Shown one piece after another: positions 35,144 to 48,863 of a stretch of DNA of 64,000 bases. The position numbers were made by a program, and so were the translations under genes. The stretch is from positions 70,972,202-71,036,201 of the forward strand of contig NC_068990.1 of assembly GCF_001194135.2 (NCBI RefSeq), given 5' to 3'. Source of the stretch: Octopus bimaculoides. Taxonomy: Eukaryota. The notes below the pieces were generated by a model that did no database searches, had not been told where the DNA came from, and was given only the letters and a program-made list of their open reading frames with translations. Positions within the stretch are counted from its first letter, which is position 1. Each line of letters opens with the position of its first letter.

Positions 35144-35300
35144 ATGTATGTATGTATGTATGTATGTATATGATATATATATAGATAGGTAGATAGATAG
35201 ATAGATGATAGATAGATTGAGATACACACACACACACATATACATGCATATATATGTATATACATATATAATTATATACATACATAAACACACACACATA
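34805..35300. repeat. Compound TG/TA/TACA/TAGA microsatellite with a ~32-bp higher-order unit
   Basis: tatgcacaca recurs at 34951, 34983, 35011, 35043 and 35075. Confidence 0.95.
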
Positions 35301-35304
35301 TATA

Positions 35305-36560
35305 TAGGGGTTGGACAAAATAATGGAAACACCTTAAAATTTCAAACAAATTTATTTTAATATGGGGTAGGACTGCCTTTGGCAGTAATTGCAGCTCGAA
35401 TTCTATTAGATATGGACTAGTACAAAGTTTGAATTGTTTCCAAAGGAATTTTTGTCCATTCTTCAGCTAAAACAGTCTCTAGTTCTTGTAGTGATGATGG
35501 TGGAGGATATCAACTCCTTGTTTTTCTAAAATGCACCATAAATGTTCAGTAATATTGAGATCTGGGGACTGTGGTAGCCAGATAAGATGTTCAACTTCAC
35601 TAGAATGTTCCTCGTGCCATTTAGTAACAACTTTAGCTGTGTGAATTGGTGCATTATCATCCTGAAAGATTGCATTTCCCTCCGGAAACAGTATTGCAAC
35701 CATAAGATGAATTTGATCAGATAAAATGCTTAAATAGTCTTGACTATTAATTCTGCCATGAAGGGAAACCACGGCCAGCAGATTTCCAAGATATAGTCCC
35801 CCTAAATCATCACAGATCCTCCTTCATGTTTAAAATTTGGAAGAAGGCAGTCTGAGTCAAATGCATCTTTTGGCTGTCTCGACACATATACTCAGCCGGT
35901 GATTGGAAATAAGGTAAAGACGACTTGTCCGAAAATAACATTCTTCCACTGCTTTAGGGACCAATTCTGTATGTTTTTACTTCACTCTAAACACTTTGCA
36001 ACATTTGTTTTTGAAAGTGGTGGTTTTCTGATTGCAGCCCTCCCATGAAATCCAGCTTGTGCAGTTACCAGCAAACAGTTTTTGTGGAAACTGGGTTCTC
36101 GAGGTAGTCATTAAGCTCTGCAGTAATTTTGGGAGCTGTACTTTTGTGATCCTTGTGATCTAACAATTCGCGTAAGAGTCCAACGGTCCCTATCTGAATG
36201 TTTTGGTTTTCTTCCAGAATTTTGTTTCGACAAGGAGGTTTTTCCCTCTTTCTCAAAGGCTGTCATTACTTTCAAGACAGTACTTCTTGATACACCAAAC
36301 ATCTTGGCTGTTTTTGTTACACTAGTGCCTGCAATACAACCACCATCAATTCGACCTCTTTGAAAGTCCAATCTGTCATTTTAATGAATTTTAATTACCT
36401 TTTTCTGATGATATCTGAAAAGAAATAGCAATTTTAACAAAACAACTCTAAAAATAAATTTTAAAAACTTTAAAATAAACAAGCTTTTGATGGTTTTATA
36501 GATATTTTAAAATTATGATGCTATGATGCTAGGTGTTTCCATTATTTTGTGCAACCCCTG
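35305..36560 (-). mobile_element. Full-length Tc1-like element (1256 bp), dead transposase about 36379-35357
   Basis: ~29-bp TIRs (c/t)aggggttg(c/g)acaaaataatggaaacacct with TA flanks; FQRGRI HTH region, FQDDNAPIH, QSPDLNITEHLW. Confidence 0.92.
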
Positions 36561-36664
36561 TATAATAAACACTGGTAAAAAAATATTTATGACCAAAACC
36601 AGAAAATAGTACNNNNNNNNNNNNNNNNNNNNNNNNNNNNNNNNNNATATATATATATATATAT

Positions 36665-36699
<35 letters not shown>

Positions 36700-36777
36700 C
36701 ATACATAATTTAGAGAAAAGAACCAAAGTTCATGAACTCATCCATGAAAATCCACAGTCACATTAATTTAATTTTAA

Positions 36778-37205
36778 TCTGGTGAATAGGGTGGGCATGG
36801 AAGCGATACCATGTTATTTCTGGTGAGAAACTTACGCGTAAGGAGAGCTCAATTAAGAATCCAATTCTTTGCGCTCCACAGATCCAGTGGCTTTTACTGA
36901 ATGTCCTCCCTCAAATGCTTCAAAACGTCAGTAGAACTTTCAATTGACAGTCTGGCCCTGGGGGACAAATTCTTGATGCACAATACCACATTTCCAGGGA
37001 TAACACTCATGGCAGGCCTTCCAGATTGCTCATCATCTTCCAGGGAAGTTCCTATGCTTTTGAAGCACTTGTGCCACTCAAAACATTGTGTACAACCCAC
37101 TGACTCATTGCCATAAGCTTGCGAAACATGCGCAATATCTCTCTAGCAGACTTCCCAAGCTTAACACAAAATTCCATGACAAAATCACAGACTACAGCAT
37201 ACACA
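36778..37205 (-). mobile_element. Internally deleted mariner, same family as 33328-34265
   Basis: Shared gaatgtcctccctcaaatgcttcaaaac..ggccctggggga; N-terminal CFEWHKCF..SLEDDEQSGRP. Confidence 0.8.
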
Positions 37206-37214
37206 TTATAGTGA

Positions 37215-37714
37215 TGTCAGTAAGTGACATCCTATAATTTTTATAATTGCATGCGAGTAAGAAGGGTCACCATCTTGTACGTAAACAACAAGAAAATAAG
37301 AATTTGTAAGACAAGAAAATAAGAAATTGCAATAAGTCATAACATATTTATTACTGGATGTAATGTGTTAACATATAAGGTTAATTGAAAGAAAAGCTTG
37401 TAACATCACATGAACATATATTGCAACCACATGTCTCAAAGCAAATGAGGTGAACATCTGCACATGTGGGTGTGTGTGTGAGTAGTGTGACTCGATGCAT
37501 GTCTAGGAACCGACAGGTAAGAATGGCATGAAATTAGAAATGTGTTCCTTTATATAAGGGATGAACCGGATGTCCCTGACTTCCACATCATCCGGAAGTT
37601 AATTGGAAGCTTCTAGAATGTTCAAGAATTTTTGAGAAGGTCGAGGGAGATTACTCTTGTTAGATCCCTTTTTCGTTTTGCTTTCCTACTTGACCAACAA
37701 GGGTTGCTATAACA
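37215..37714 (-). mobile_element. Candidate solo LTR
   Basis: TG..CA ends, minus-strand TATA (cttatataaagg near 37550) followed by AATAAA near 37345; no TSD found. Confidence 0.35.
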
Positions 37715-37950
37715 TAATCACAGAAACACAAATTTCACTTTTAAACACAGTGATGTCATTTGGCACACTGCCTCATGAAGGTTGCTACAAGCTTTCATTG
37801 TACACACAACCATGTGCTGCCACCTGTTGACACATGACAGAACTAGTCTGGGAACTTTTTGATACCACTTCGTATATATATATTTTGTATATCATACCTA
37901 AGTTGTTATATTTCATTTGTTTATCCTCATAATTACCTCTGTATAGAAAT

Positions 37951-37984
<34 letters not shown>

Positions 37985-38022
37985 CTGTCTGTCAGAGTGT
38001 TTGTGTGTGTGTATGTATGTGC

Positions 38023-38068
<46 letters not shown>

Positions 38069-38078
38069 NNNNNNNNNN

Positions 38079-38127
<49 letters not shown>

Positions 38128-38966
38128 CATATGTGCATATATATGTGTAAGTGTACAAGTAAACACAGACCCACATATAACTATATGTATGTAATGTATG
38201 TAATATGTTTGTATGTAATATGTATGTATGTATGTACGTATGTATGTATGTTACTAATATCATGTCCCTACAACTTTACAATTTAATAAACAGAGATCAA
38301 TCAAATAAGACTGATACAAGCACTGAGGTCAATATCATCAATAAATCCCTTGGATGTGGTACTTGAGCATGGCTACAGTTGAATTACTGAAACCAGTTAA
38401 AGAATAAAAGAATGTATTTTTGTGTACTTAGAACTGGAATCTCTCTGAAAGGATACACAGCATGAACAGAAAATCATTGTCAGGGTGTTCAGAGGGTTGG
38501 ATCTTCCTAATATTCACCGCTATGGAAGTCAGGACATGAGAAAATGGAAATGATGATAACAAAGATACAATGATGAACAGCAACTAGTAATTCTAGAAGT
38601 ATCAAAAAACAAACAAGAAAACAAGGGATTTGAAACAATAACAGTTTAGCTGCTGATTTTCTGCATTGGACGCAATGTTAATGTGTCACAAATCAATTAT
38701 ATATAAACATAATACAAACAAAACAAGAATGGTCAATAGTTTCCATTATCTAAGTATTAAAACATTGAGCTGGCAACGAAACATTCATGTGGAATATTTT
38801 GCATGAAATACCTGTTGCCTGACTATGAATAACAGCTTGCCTGTGGTTTGAAATATAACTATTGACAAAATGCCAAATGGAGTGTAGAGAAAATAAAAAC
38901 AACAAAAAGAAACTAAAGAAATTACTGTAACTTGATTTATTGCAAGCAACAAGTCTTTTACATATT

Positions 38967-39049
<83 letters not shown>

Positions 39050-39051
39050 TG

Positions 39052-39640
39052 CATACATGTCTTCGTGGTTAAGGAGCTCACCTTGTAACCATGTGATTTC
39101 GGGGTCAGTTCCACTGCATGGCACCTTGAGCAAGTGTTTTCACTCTAGACCTGGTCCGACCAATGTCTTGTGAGTGAGTTTGGTGTGGACAGAGGAACAG
39201 ATATAAGTGTCTTGCAGGAGAGGAGATACATGGTTGCTGCAGTTGGAGAGAGAGAGAGAGAGGAGAGAAAATGGGAGGAGAGAGAGAAAATGGGAGGAGA
39301 GAGAGAAAATGGTAGATATATGGTGGTGGAGGGGATGCACTCACATTTCAGGGAGGTGTATAAGTGAATAAGAATCAAAGATTAGATAGGGTGAGTGGAT
39401 AAGTTCACGAGACTGCAAGAGAAGAGTAGGAGATAGAAGAAGAGTGGGAGATGATGTGTTTGCTTTGTGTTTGTATCCCAACCACTTAACAACTGGTACT
39501 GGTTTGTTTATATCCCTGTAACTAAGCAGTTTAGCAAAAAAGTATAAGTACATACTTAAAAATAAGTACAAGGGTCAATTTGTTCAACTAACCCCTGAAG
39601 GTGGTGCCCCAGTATGGCCACAGTCCAGTGACAATACAAG
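39052..39640 (+). mobile_element. CORE-type SINE family A interrupted by a GA-rich insert (about 39200-39470)
   Basis: Head to 39190, tail 39470-39640; insert includes tandem ggagagagagaaaatgggagga. Confidence 0.75.
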
Positions 39641-39689
39641 ATATTATATCATATCATATTGTATGTGTGTGTGTGTGTGTGTGTGTATT

Positions 39690-39900
39690 CATATTGGTTT
39701 CGAACTTTAGCACAAGGCCAGCATTTCGGGGAAAGGAATTACACTGATATCAGTGTTCAACTGGTGCTTATTTTATCGACCACAAAAGGATGAAAGGCTA
39801 AGTTGACCTCAGTGGAATTTGAACTCAGAATGTATAAATGGACAAAATGCCACTCAGCATTTTGCCTGGCATGCTAACAATTCTGCCGGCTAGCCACCTT
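39690..39900 (-). mobile_element. SINE family B
   Basis: Reverse-complement match. Confidence 0.85.
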
Positions 39901-40109
39901 ATCTTTCATGTGTGTATTCATAATCCTCTCTATTACATACTACATTGGTTAAGAGTTAGAGAAGAAATATTGTTTAGACAAATTTCTTAAAGTTATGATG
40001 CAGCACCAGAATACTTTCTGATTTCCCCACTTTTTTTTCTAGAAGCAACATTTGTTATCCCCACTGAATATACTTTCTAGTAAACTCTACTTTCCTATAG
40101 TCTGACCAG

Positions 40110-40891
40110 TTACATATTATGGACCAAATCGTTGAATTAATCAACTTATTTGGAACAGAGTATCTCAAACCACATCAATTTCTGAATCTAATCACGTGCA
40201 GAGAGTGAATGTGTGCTCTTCTTTGCTGTCACATCTCATGAATGAACCTTTTTTGGACTGAATAGTGACTGGTGATGAGAAATGGGTTCTCTACAAAAAT
40301 GTCAAGCACCAAAGACAGTGGATAGGAAAGGAGAAGCACTGGCATCCCAGGCTAAGGTGTCGTTATCTGTTTGGTGGGATATCAAAGGTTTAGTCCATTT
40401 TGAACTTTTAAACCCAAACCAAACAATAAAAAAGGGAAATCTACTGTGAGCAGCTTGAGCGGCTTAAGTCAGCGCTAGAAGAAAAACAGCCATCTTTGGT
40501 TTCAAGACGAAAGATATTCTTCCATCAGGATAATGCTTGACCATGTACTGTGAGGACGACATTCCAAAGGCTGAAGCAGTTTGAATGAGAAACGATACCC
40601 CACCCACCGTATTCGCTGGACATTGCCCTATTTGATTATCATTTATTCTGCAGTCTTTAAAATCATTTGTATGAAAAAAATATGAATTCTGTAGATGAGG
40701 TCAGAACTGTACTGGAGAAGTTCTTTTTATCATGGACAAGTGAATTTCAGAAGAGGGGGCCTTGCAAGTCTATCAGATAGATGGAAGAGCATTGTAGAAA
40801 ATGAAGGAGAGTATATTTTATATTAAAAAATAACTTTGTTTATCTTAATTTTGAAAAATAAAAGAAGTATAACAAAACGGCATTATTTATG
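40110..40891 (+). mobile_element. Mariner 3' part (same family as 32433-33256), 3' TIR truncated
   Basis: IVTGDEKWVLY, VWWDIKG, FHQDNA, HPPYSLDIA..DYHLF; ends ggcattatttatg then (AGT)n. Confidence 0.88.
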
Positions 40892-41426
40892 AGTAGTAGT
40901 AGTAGTAGTCCAGGGATTTAGAGTAAAGTAAATTTACTGGTTAACTTCATTTTATCATGTCAAGTAATATTGAGGGTGAGGAAAATCTTTGATGAGACAA
41001 TATCACCAGTTTTTTTATAAGTAACTCTGCATTCTTGTAGGGGAGGTAGGGTGATTATTTTTACAGATGAATTCTTGTCATTAATTGTTGTTAGACTTTA
41101 TTTCCTTGACCTGAATACACAATTTTATTACATGTGTATGTGAGCATGCATATGAATGTGTGTATGTTTGTGTGTGTGGGAAGGAAGTTTCATGTATTGC
41201 ATCCCCATCAACATCATCTTTTTGTCTGCTTATCGGTATACCAAATATTGTATACATGCATACGGATGTATATGTACATACATATATACATAAACATTTG
41301 TGTGTGTGTATGTATGTATACACACACACATGTATAAATATATATATATATACGTGTATGTATGTATATGTTATATATGTTTGTATATTTATACATATAT
41401 GTATATGTAAATATATAGGTCAAAAT

Positions 41427-41458
<32 letters not shown>

Positions 41459-41849
41459 ATACATATGCACACTGGCATGATGAGGAGAATTTTGGAGAGG
41501 ACAATTGCTTTAATAATAGGGTGGGTGCTTCTATTTGTTGTTGTGGTGGTGAAGAGGGAAAAGTGGAGAATAGAAGTGGGGAAGGAAAAGGAAGAGAAAG
41601 AGAAGGTGGTCGGTGTACATATATAGTGCACAGCTAATCATTTATTTACCAGAAAATGAATGGCTTCAGAATCTGGTTCTTAACTTGTACAAGAGAAGAA
41701 GAAAGATTGACATATTCAGGTTAAATAATTGATATTGTAAATAGCATGTGTCTGATATTTTTTTTCTTTTAAATTTACTTTCAGATTTCCTCAATATATT
41801 CATATTTCTCGTCTGTCCATCTTTATCATTCGACCTGTGCCTATCTTCT

Positions 41850-42560
41850 CTCTCCCATCCACCACCTCACTCACTTCAGTCATCACTCTACCATTCATAT
41901 CTCTTATCTGTCTGTCTTCCTCACTTGACCTGCACCCCCTTCTTTTTCCCATCCATCTCCTCACTCACTTCAGTCATCACTCTACCTTTCGTATCTCTCA
42001 TCTGTCCATCTTCATCACTTGATCTATACCCACCTTCCCTTCCCCATATATCTCCTCACTCACTTCAGTCATCACTCTACCATTAATATCTCTTTTCTAT
42101 CTGTCTTCCTCACTTGACCTGTACCCCCTTCTTTTTCCCATCCATCTCCTCACTCACTTCAGTCATCACTTGACCTGCACCCCCTTCTTTTTCCCATCCA
42201 TCTCCTCACTCACTTCAGTCATCACTCTACCTTTCGTATCTCTCATCTGTCCATCTTCATCACTCGACCTATGCCCACCTTCCCTTCCCCATATATCTCC
42301 TCACTCATTTCAGTTATCACTCTATCATTCATATTTTTCATCTGTTCATCTTTATTGCTCAACCTGTGCTCATCTTTCCTCCCCATCCATTTCCTCACTC
42401 ACTTCACTCTATCATTCATGTCTCTCATCTGTCCATCTTCATCACTCAACCTCTGCCTACCTTCCCTCCTCCATCCATCTACTCACTCACTCCAGTCATT
42501 ACTCTACCTTTCATTCCTCAACCTGTACTCACCTTCCCTCTCCCACTTGCTTCAATCATC
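41850..42560. repeat. Pyrimidine-rich minisatellite, ~94-bp unit, about 8 copies
   Basis: Recurring ccatccatctcctcactcacttcagtcatcactctacc with alternating variant ends. Confidence 0.9.
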
Positions 42561-43109
42561 ACTCCATCATTCATATATCTCATCTCATCACCTGTGATGC
42601 TCACTCATCCACTGCCATCTACCATTTCTTTTCTCTGACTGTCTCTTTTTCTCTTACTGCTTTACTTCACTGCTTCTCCAGCATCTCGACACCCTCTCAT
42701 CTCTCTGATTTACTCTCATGACCCTCACACCTGTCTTTCAATGACCCTTTCTGTATTCTCATCACCCTCGTCTATTTTCTCTCTTTCATGTTCTCTTTCA
42801 CTCACATCTTCTATCCACACTTACTCCTTGTAATGTGGAATAACCAGGAACATCCTCTATACAACCTTTATCATTCTGTCCCCCCCTTTCTCACTAACTG
42901 TCAACACCAATCCCTTCCTTTTACCCCCCGAGTCCCACTCATAATCCTCCCCTAACAGTGTCTACTCTATTAATCTCCCTGCTACCACCTTCTCACAACT
43001 ATAAAACTACTCCTCTCATCATACTTCACACTCTCTCATTACTTTGTCTAAAATCATCTCTCTCTCTTTCTCACTCTCTCTGCTACTCTCCTTTTCTTGC
43101 AGAAGCCCC

Positions 43110-43325
43110 ATTAGGCCCTTTAGTCTTGTAAGTTGTAAGATAACTTCACTAATTATGATGCCGTGAGAAAAGTACCCAATTCATTTTGTAAAGTGGTTTG
43201 GCATTAGGAAAGGCATCAAGTCATAGAAACCATACTAACACAAAACTGTGAAGTGTAACAGGGTCCTCTGACTCATCAGATCTTGCCATGTCATCCAACC
43301 CAAGCTAGCATGGAGGATGGATGAT
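43110..43325 (+). mobile_element. Old RTE-type tail
   Basis: gtggtttggcattaggaaaggcatc..catccaacccaagctagcatgg. Confidence 0.65.
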
Positions 43326-43442
43326 TCCCTATTCAGGAGCTAAACTGTTCTGCGATGCTTTTACCATTACTGATACTTGTGTTCAGTTAACACCTACACT
43401 GAGTGGAAAGATAAGATAACAATAACAATAATAATAATAATA

Positions 43443-43983
43443 AATGCCCTGATGCAGTACCTGGCAGTGGCTCTCATGGCTTCTGATCTTAATTGATTGG
43501 AAGTGTTATCATGCACACTGTTTTGTCTTGGTATAAAAGATGGGCTACAGCAAATGTTCTGCTTAATACCACAGATTTGCTTGTCAATTGTTTGACCATA
43601 ACTAGTTGAGCATGTCCCTTAGTGGTTGATGATATGTGCAGCTCTGATCAAGTAGTGGGGGATCATCGTAGCCATGTGTTGAGCGGAATTCTTTGGGGTT
43701 TGGATAATTCACCTTTGGAAACATGGGTGTTTCATTCAGCATCCTTAAACAATCCTTATTCAGGGTCCTTTTGAGTGGGATTGGCTACTCAACTCAAAGA
43801 AAATTCTAACTGGGCCCCACCTGCAAGTTCATGTGCTGTTTATTTTGATATGAGATCACTATGTCATGCACATATGGTTGTGCTGCATGTGCCTGGTGTA
43901 CCCTTATCAGACGGGTAGTCAAGATGGTCATACTGGGCTTTTACTCCAGTGTCACTTTGATAGCATGCACTGCTCTCTCACTC
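43443..43983 (+). mobile_element. Unclassified ~540-bp non-coding repeat embedded in (TAA)n
   Basis: (AAT)n on both sides; an internal module recurs at about 46290-46440. Confidence 0.55.
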
Positions 43984-44008
43984 AATAATAATAATAATAA
44001 TAATAATA

Positions 44009-44045
<37 letters not shown>

Positions 44046-44049
44046 TAAT

Positions 44050-44260
44050 AATCCATTCTATGATAGGCACAAGCCTGAAATTTGCGGGGAGTGGGTAAGT
44101 CAATTACATCAACCCCAGTAAACAATTGGTACTAATTTTATCGATCCCCAAAAGGATGAAAGGCAGAGTTCACCTCGGTGGAATTTGAGCTCAGAATGTA
44201 AAGACAGATGAAATGCCACAAAACATTTTGCCTGGTGTGTTAACAATTTTGCCAGCATAA
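44050..44260 (-). mobile_element. SINE family B
   Basis: Reverse-complement match; tail abuts the (TAA)n tract. Confidence 0.8.
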
Positions 44261-45269
44261 TAATGGTTTTTTATTGAGGCACGGGAATGGGTAGTCTACT
44301 TTCAACCTCTGTACATTATTTATTGCCCCCAGAGGAATGAAAGAGCTGAAGCACAAAGCATTTTTTCTGACATTCTAATAATTCTGCAAAAACATGTCTG
44401 GCCATGGGGAAATATTATCTTATTGGGTAACAGATGAAGGTTGGTGACAGAAAGAGCATCCCTCCATAGAAAACCTGCCTCAATAAACTTTGTCTGATCC
44501 ATGCAAGCATGGAAAAGTGGTTGTCAAAACTATGGTGAGATTGTGTGTGTGTGTGCATGTGTGTGTGTGTGTGAAAGGGAGAAATACAGATAAAGATAAA
44601 TTGAGAGACAAACAGAAAGAAATATGTATGTGTATGTCTAGCAATACACATAAAAATGCTAGCATACTAGGTAGATAAATATTTAGATATACACAGAGAG
44701 ACAGACAGATATTATCATGATGAAAGAAGACTTAATTTTTTGAAACAAGCAATTAATTGATGATAATACTTGCTTGTGATTCTAATAAGTATTATATTCT
44801 AATTTTTTCATATAATTTTAGCATTTAATTTTTTTTAAACCACAGAAAATAAAATCTATGATTTAAATAATATAATATACTTTATAGTGATTACTTTGTC
44901 AGTTGTCTTGTTAGCAATCAGTGAAGCTGCACATTTACTGATTGTCTAATTAAAAGCCATGTAACAGAAATATTCCTGTTAGTCAATCCATTTTAATTCA
45001 TATCAACCTTGACTCTCAATCTTGTAAATTTAACAGCATGCACAATAATGGCTTCTTTTTTTTTTATTTTTATGTGAAACTGTTATCATCCAAACTGATA
45101 ATTTGTATAAACGGAGAAGTAAATAGTCTTCAGCTGTGATATACTTCATTTACATGGCACATTTCATTGGGAAAATGTAAACATTTCTCATAAATTAACT
45201 TTTCCTAGGGCAATCTCTGTCTCTCTCCTTTCTGTTTTTATAAGAACAATGCCAGAATGAAATTATTCC

Positions 45270-45760
45270 ACAGATACTCTTCTAGGAATGCTCAGAATTG
45301 AAACACCCCCAGAGACTAATTACAAAAGAAAAGAAAAAGAAAAATAGTAAATTGCATGACAGGCTTTGCCTATTGGAATCACTTCAGAAAGCTCAAATTT
45401 TATTCTCTCCAATGCAACTAAAGTTACTACATAATTTATTCCGTGTGGAAAATATTCATCAGTAATATACAAACAATGCTGGTATCCACCTCACAAATTA
45501 ACCAAGACTTAACCCCAGAGCCACACACCCTCAACAAAAATTTAGCTTACATTACATAACAACATTGTGATACAACTTTTTGACTTTGACAGGTCCTGCT
45601 TATTCAACATTATTCTGAAAGAAATCAAAGGAGAAAAAGACTCCATGACATTTAAATGGTACCTGGACAAAATCCTCTAAGAAATACCAGATAAACCACC
45701 AGTGCCTGGATACATCTCAGTAAATAACATCACTCCACTTGAATGGACTGTGGTTTCCTA
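45270..45760 (+). mobile_element. CR1-like LINE ORF2 C-terminal remnant
   Basis: AYWNHFRKLKFYSLQ, GPALFNII, FKWYLDKIL.EIPDKPPVPGYIS. Confidence 0.65.
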
Positions 45761-46070
45761 AAACATAATTTAAAAGATTATCCCAAGTGGTTCTATTAAT
45801 TTACACATGGCCTAGACCAAATAATGGCTAAAACGTATCTAACTTACTCTAACAGTTTCAAGAATTTCTTTAAAATCTCTTCTGTAGTCAATAAAGATTT
45901 TCTTTTGCTTGTAATTTCATATATTTTAAAATCTGTATTTTTAATTTATTTTTTACTTTGCATGGATTTAAATTTGTGCACTTGAGAACATGTGGGTGGG
46001 TGAAGTAAAAAGAAAAATTTATACTGCAATAGCACTGTGTAACAAAACTTTTAGTTATTTATTTATCTAT

Positions 46071-46105
<35 letters not shown>

Positions 46106-47642
46106 TCTTTTGTCTTTGGTCAGTAAGTGCTATTTCCTTTTTCTTCTATCTAGAAACCAAAGGAAATGATTACTATTCCCTTCAAACTTTGTTTTTGTGA
46201 TCTGGACATAAATGTTTTGAACCTGACTTAGTCTCCATTACATTTTAGACAGATTCAGTGTTGAGTTGCTGAAACAGAAGTATAGTTATAGCAAATATTC
46301 TGCTCTATACCACAGAATTGCTTAACTTGAATCATTTGAGCATGTCCCTTAGAGGCTGATAATATGTACATCTCTGATGATGAGCAAGAGTAGTGGGGAG
46401 CTTCATAGTCATGTATTGAGAGGGACTCTTTAGGGTTTGAATAAATGTGACAAAATCAAAGTTTGAAGGAAATATTAGCCATTTTTATGCTTTCTAGGGG
46501 TGAGCGAATAGTAAATAACAGTTGCTATCCAAGGATAAAAATCGTGATACACGGTGTAATTCAGGAAAATATCAGCAATGACTAATCATTTGGACAAGAG
46601 GTTGCCCCACCACCACCACCACCATCAAATGCCAGTGAAATTTTGCCTGTATTTAAATTTAAAATGATATACAAACAATATCTCTAAAATTTTACAAGGA
46701 ACAGTTTAAACTTTGGGAGCAAGTAATTGACTATCAGTGCCATACCTATGAATTTATAAAATTAGATTCATTATTTTCTCAAAACAGGTGTAAATAACCC
46801 TATGGGTACTTCAGCACTTTCAGTTTGCCCCAGGAATTAGAAAGGCTCCTCACCTCTGATCCATGCCTTGCTGTTACTGAATAACAACCAACAGAGTCAG
46901 TTAACTTTTCCCATGTTAAATATCATAATTTAGACATAACATAAGTGCTAGGGTAGATTTTTCATACAATCAACTGCATCATAAAATCCTTTTAATATTT
47001 ACTCTACATATCTATTATAATAGCTATCAGAAACAGTTTAGAAGAAGAAAGAATACAGAGTTTCTAGCACAAGAAGAAAGCTTAAAGTAGCCCAGCCTCT
47101 GGCAGCTAAACAATGTAGTGTGTGATAAATATGCCCTGAAAATACTTCAAAGAGGGGAAACAGAATTAGCCACTTTCAGAATAAACATGAACAATAATAA
47201 AAACAGATGGTAGTGGAATGTATTTAGGGACATATTAGATTATACTTTATCAGTTGTGTACTTTTAGACTGAGCAACTAACACAGCTACTGCTCTTTTTT
47301 CCTACACCTTAGCAACATGTTGGTAACCTGCCTGCTTACGTTTTTTGTGTATTAAACATATATACCATTATATAAAGCTTTTCTCTTCTTTTTTTAAGCT
47401 AACTGCAGTTGTCAAAATAACTCCCTAATGTTATGTAATGTTTGGAGAATACATCATTATATTTTGTGAAGGTGGGTGATATAGAGCATGACTAACAATA
47501 ATGAGGATAGTTTTTGTTTTACTTTTATATTAATTACAGACATAGAAAATGAGAAATTTGAATATTAATAGTTTTTCCTAACCCTCAAGGTAAAACTAGG
47601 CTACTGAAAGTGGGCCATGATCTTGCTTTTGCCAAATTACTA

Positions 47643-47687
<45 letters not shown>

Positions 47688-47949
47688 CTACTGCTGCTGC
47701 TGCTGCTGCCGTAACACTGACCTCATACCCAATCATGGTGATCTTTTTACATAGGTTTAGACTAGACAGAAATGACGGGTTATAACATTCATGCTTCTTA
47801 CTTTGGGAATTAATTAGATATGGACAAATATTTTAAATGAGTGTAACAGCTGGGAACATTAACTGCATTGATCTCACTGGTCTTGGAGTATTTACAATGA
47901 TCTTAGGGATAACCCCTTCATACTGGCCAAAACAATTAAAGAAAAAGAG

Positions 47950-48829
47950 AAGATTCTGTCAGATCAACATCTTACAGAACAGCAGCAGCAGCTCATGTTT
48001 AGAGTGTAAAAAACAGTCAGGAACCATTGATCCCATTGTTTCTATTTCTAGCCCTCTTGCATCCTCAGAGTATCTCAACAAGCATGACAGAGCTGCACAG
48101 TATATTAACTGGGTAATATGCAAGAATCTGGATTTGTTCCATTTTCGAAACTGATGGGAACATGAACCACTTCCAGTGCTTGAAAAAAGATCATATCTCA
48201 CTCCTATGGAACTTTTTTTTGTTCAAATTGACAGAAAACTAAATACAAATAGGCTAGACATTATGCTTAAAGATTTCAGATAAAAATCATGCCTCCTCAT
48301 CGATAATACTGTCCCAACTGATATAAATGTATCTGTCAAAACCAACCAAAAGCTGAGCAAATACAAAGATCTTAAAATAGAATTTGACAAAATGTGGAAA
48401 CTCAAGACTAGAACAATACCCAAGGTTGTAAGTGTCTTAGAAATTCACAAAAGGTGTTGAGTATATTACCTGTTTCAAATCTCAGGGAATCCAAAATGAA
48501 AGAAATTTTAAAAAAGAACTCACGAGGGATTGCTCATATCCTGCAAAAAAAAAAAAAAAAAAAAATACTGTCTATATCACTCCAAAACAACGAAACAACC
48601 TTTTTCACTTGTCATCAAAAACATATTTTTTAAAACAATAATTCTTATGAACCCAAAGTACACAATTAAAACACATCCCTCTCACCAAACTACATTCTAC
48701 CCCCAAAATATGACAGCTATCAACAACCTAATCATTATGCCCACTTGAACTTATAATATACTATCTCTTAAGGTCTCTGGGTGAGACTTGAACTCAATTT
48801 GTACAAACCACAAAGCAAAATCCAAACAT

Positions 48830-48860
<31 letters not shown>
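47950..48860 (+). mobile_element. R4/Dong-like RLE LINE 3' fragment 1
   Basis: CLEC..GTIDPIV..KHDRAAQYINW..WEHEP..NRLDI..CLLID.TVP..KYKDLKIE..MWKL; UTR then (TAA)n. Confidence 0.8.

Positions 48861-48861
<1 letters not shown>

Positions 48862-48863
<2 letters not shown>

Noticed and set aside
34657-35332. Overlapping 140-190 aa ORFs on both strands
   Set aside because: Dinucleotide and tetranucleotide repeats lack stop codons
41748-42721. S/L/P/H-rich ORFs up to 183 aa
   Set aside because: Open in all three frames because the pyrimidine-rich array lacks stops; no coding evidence
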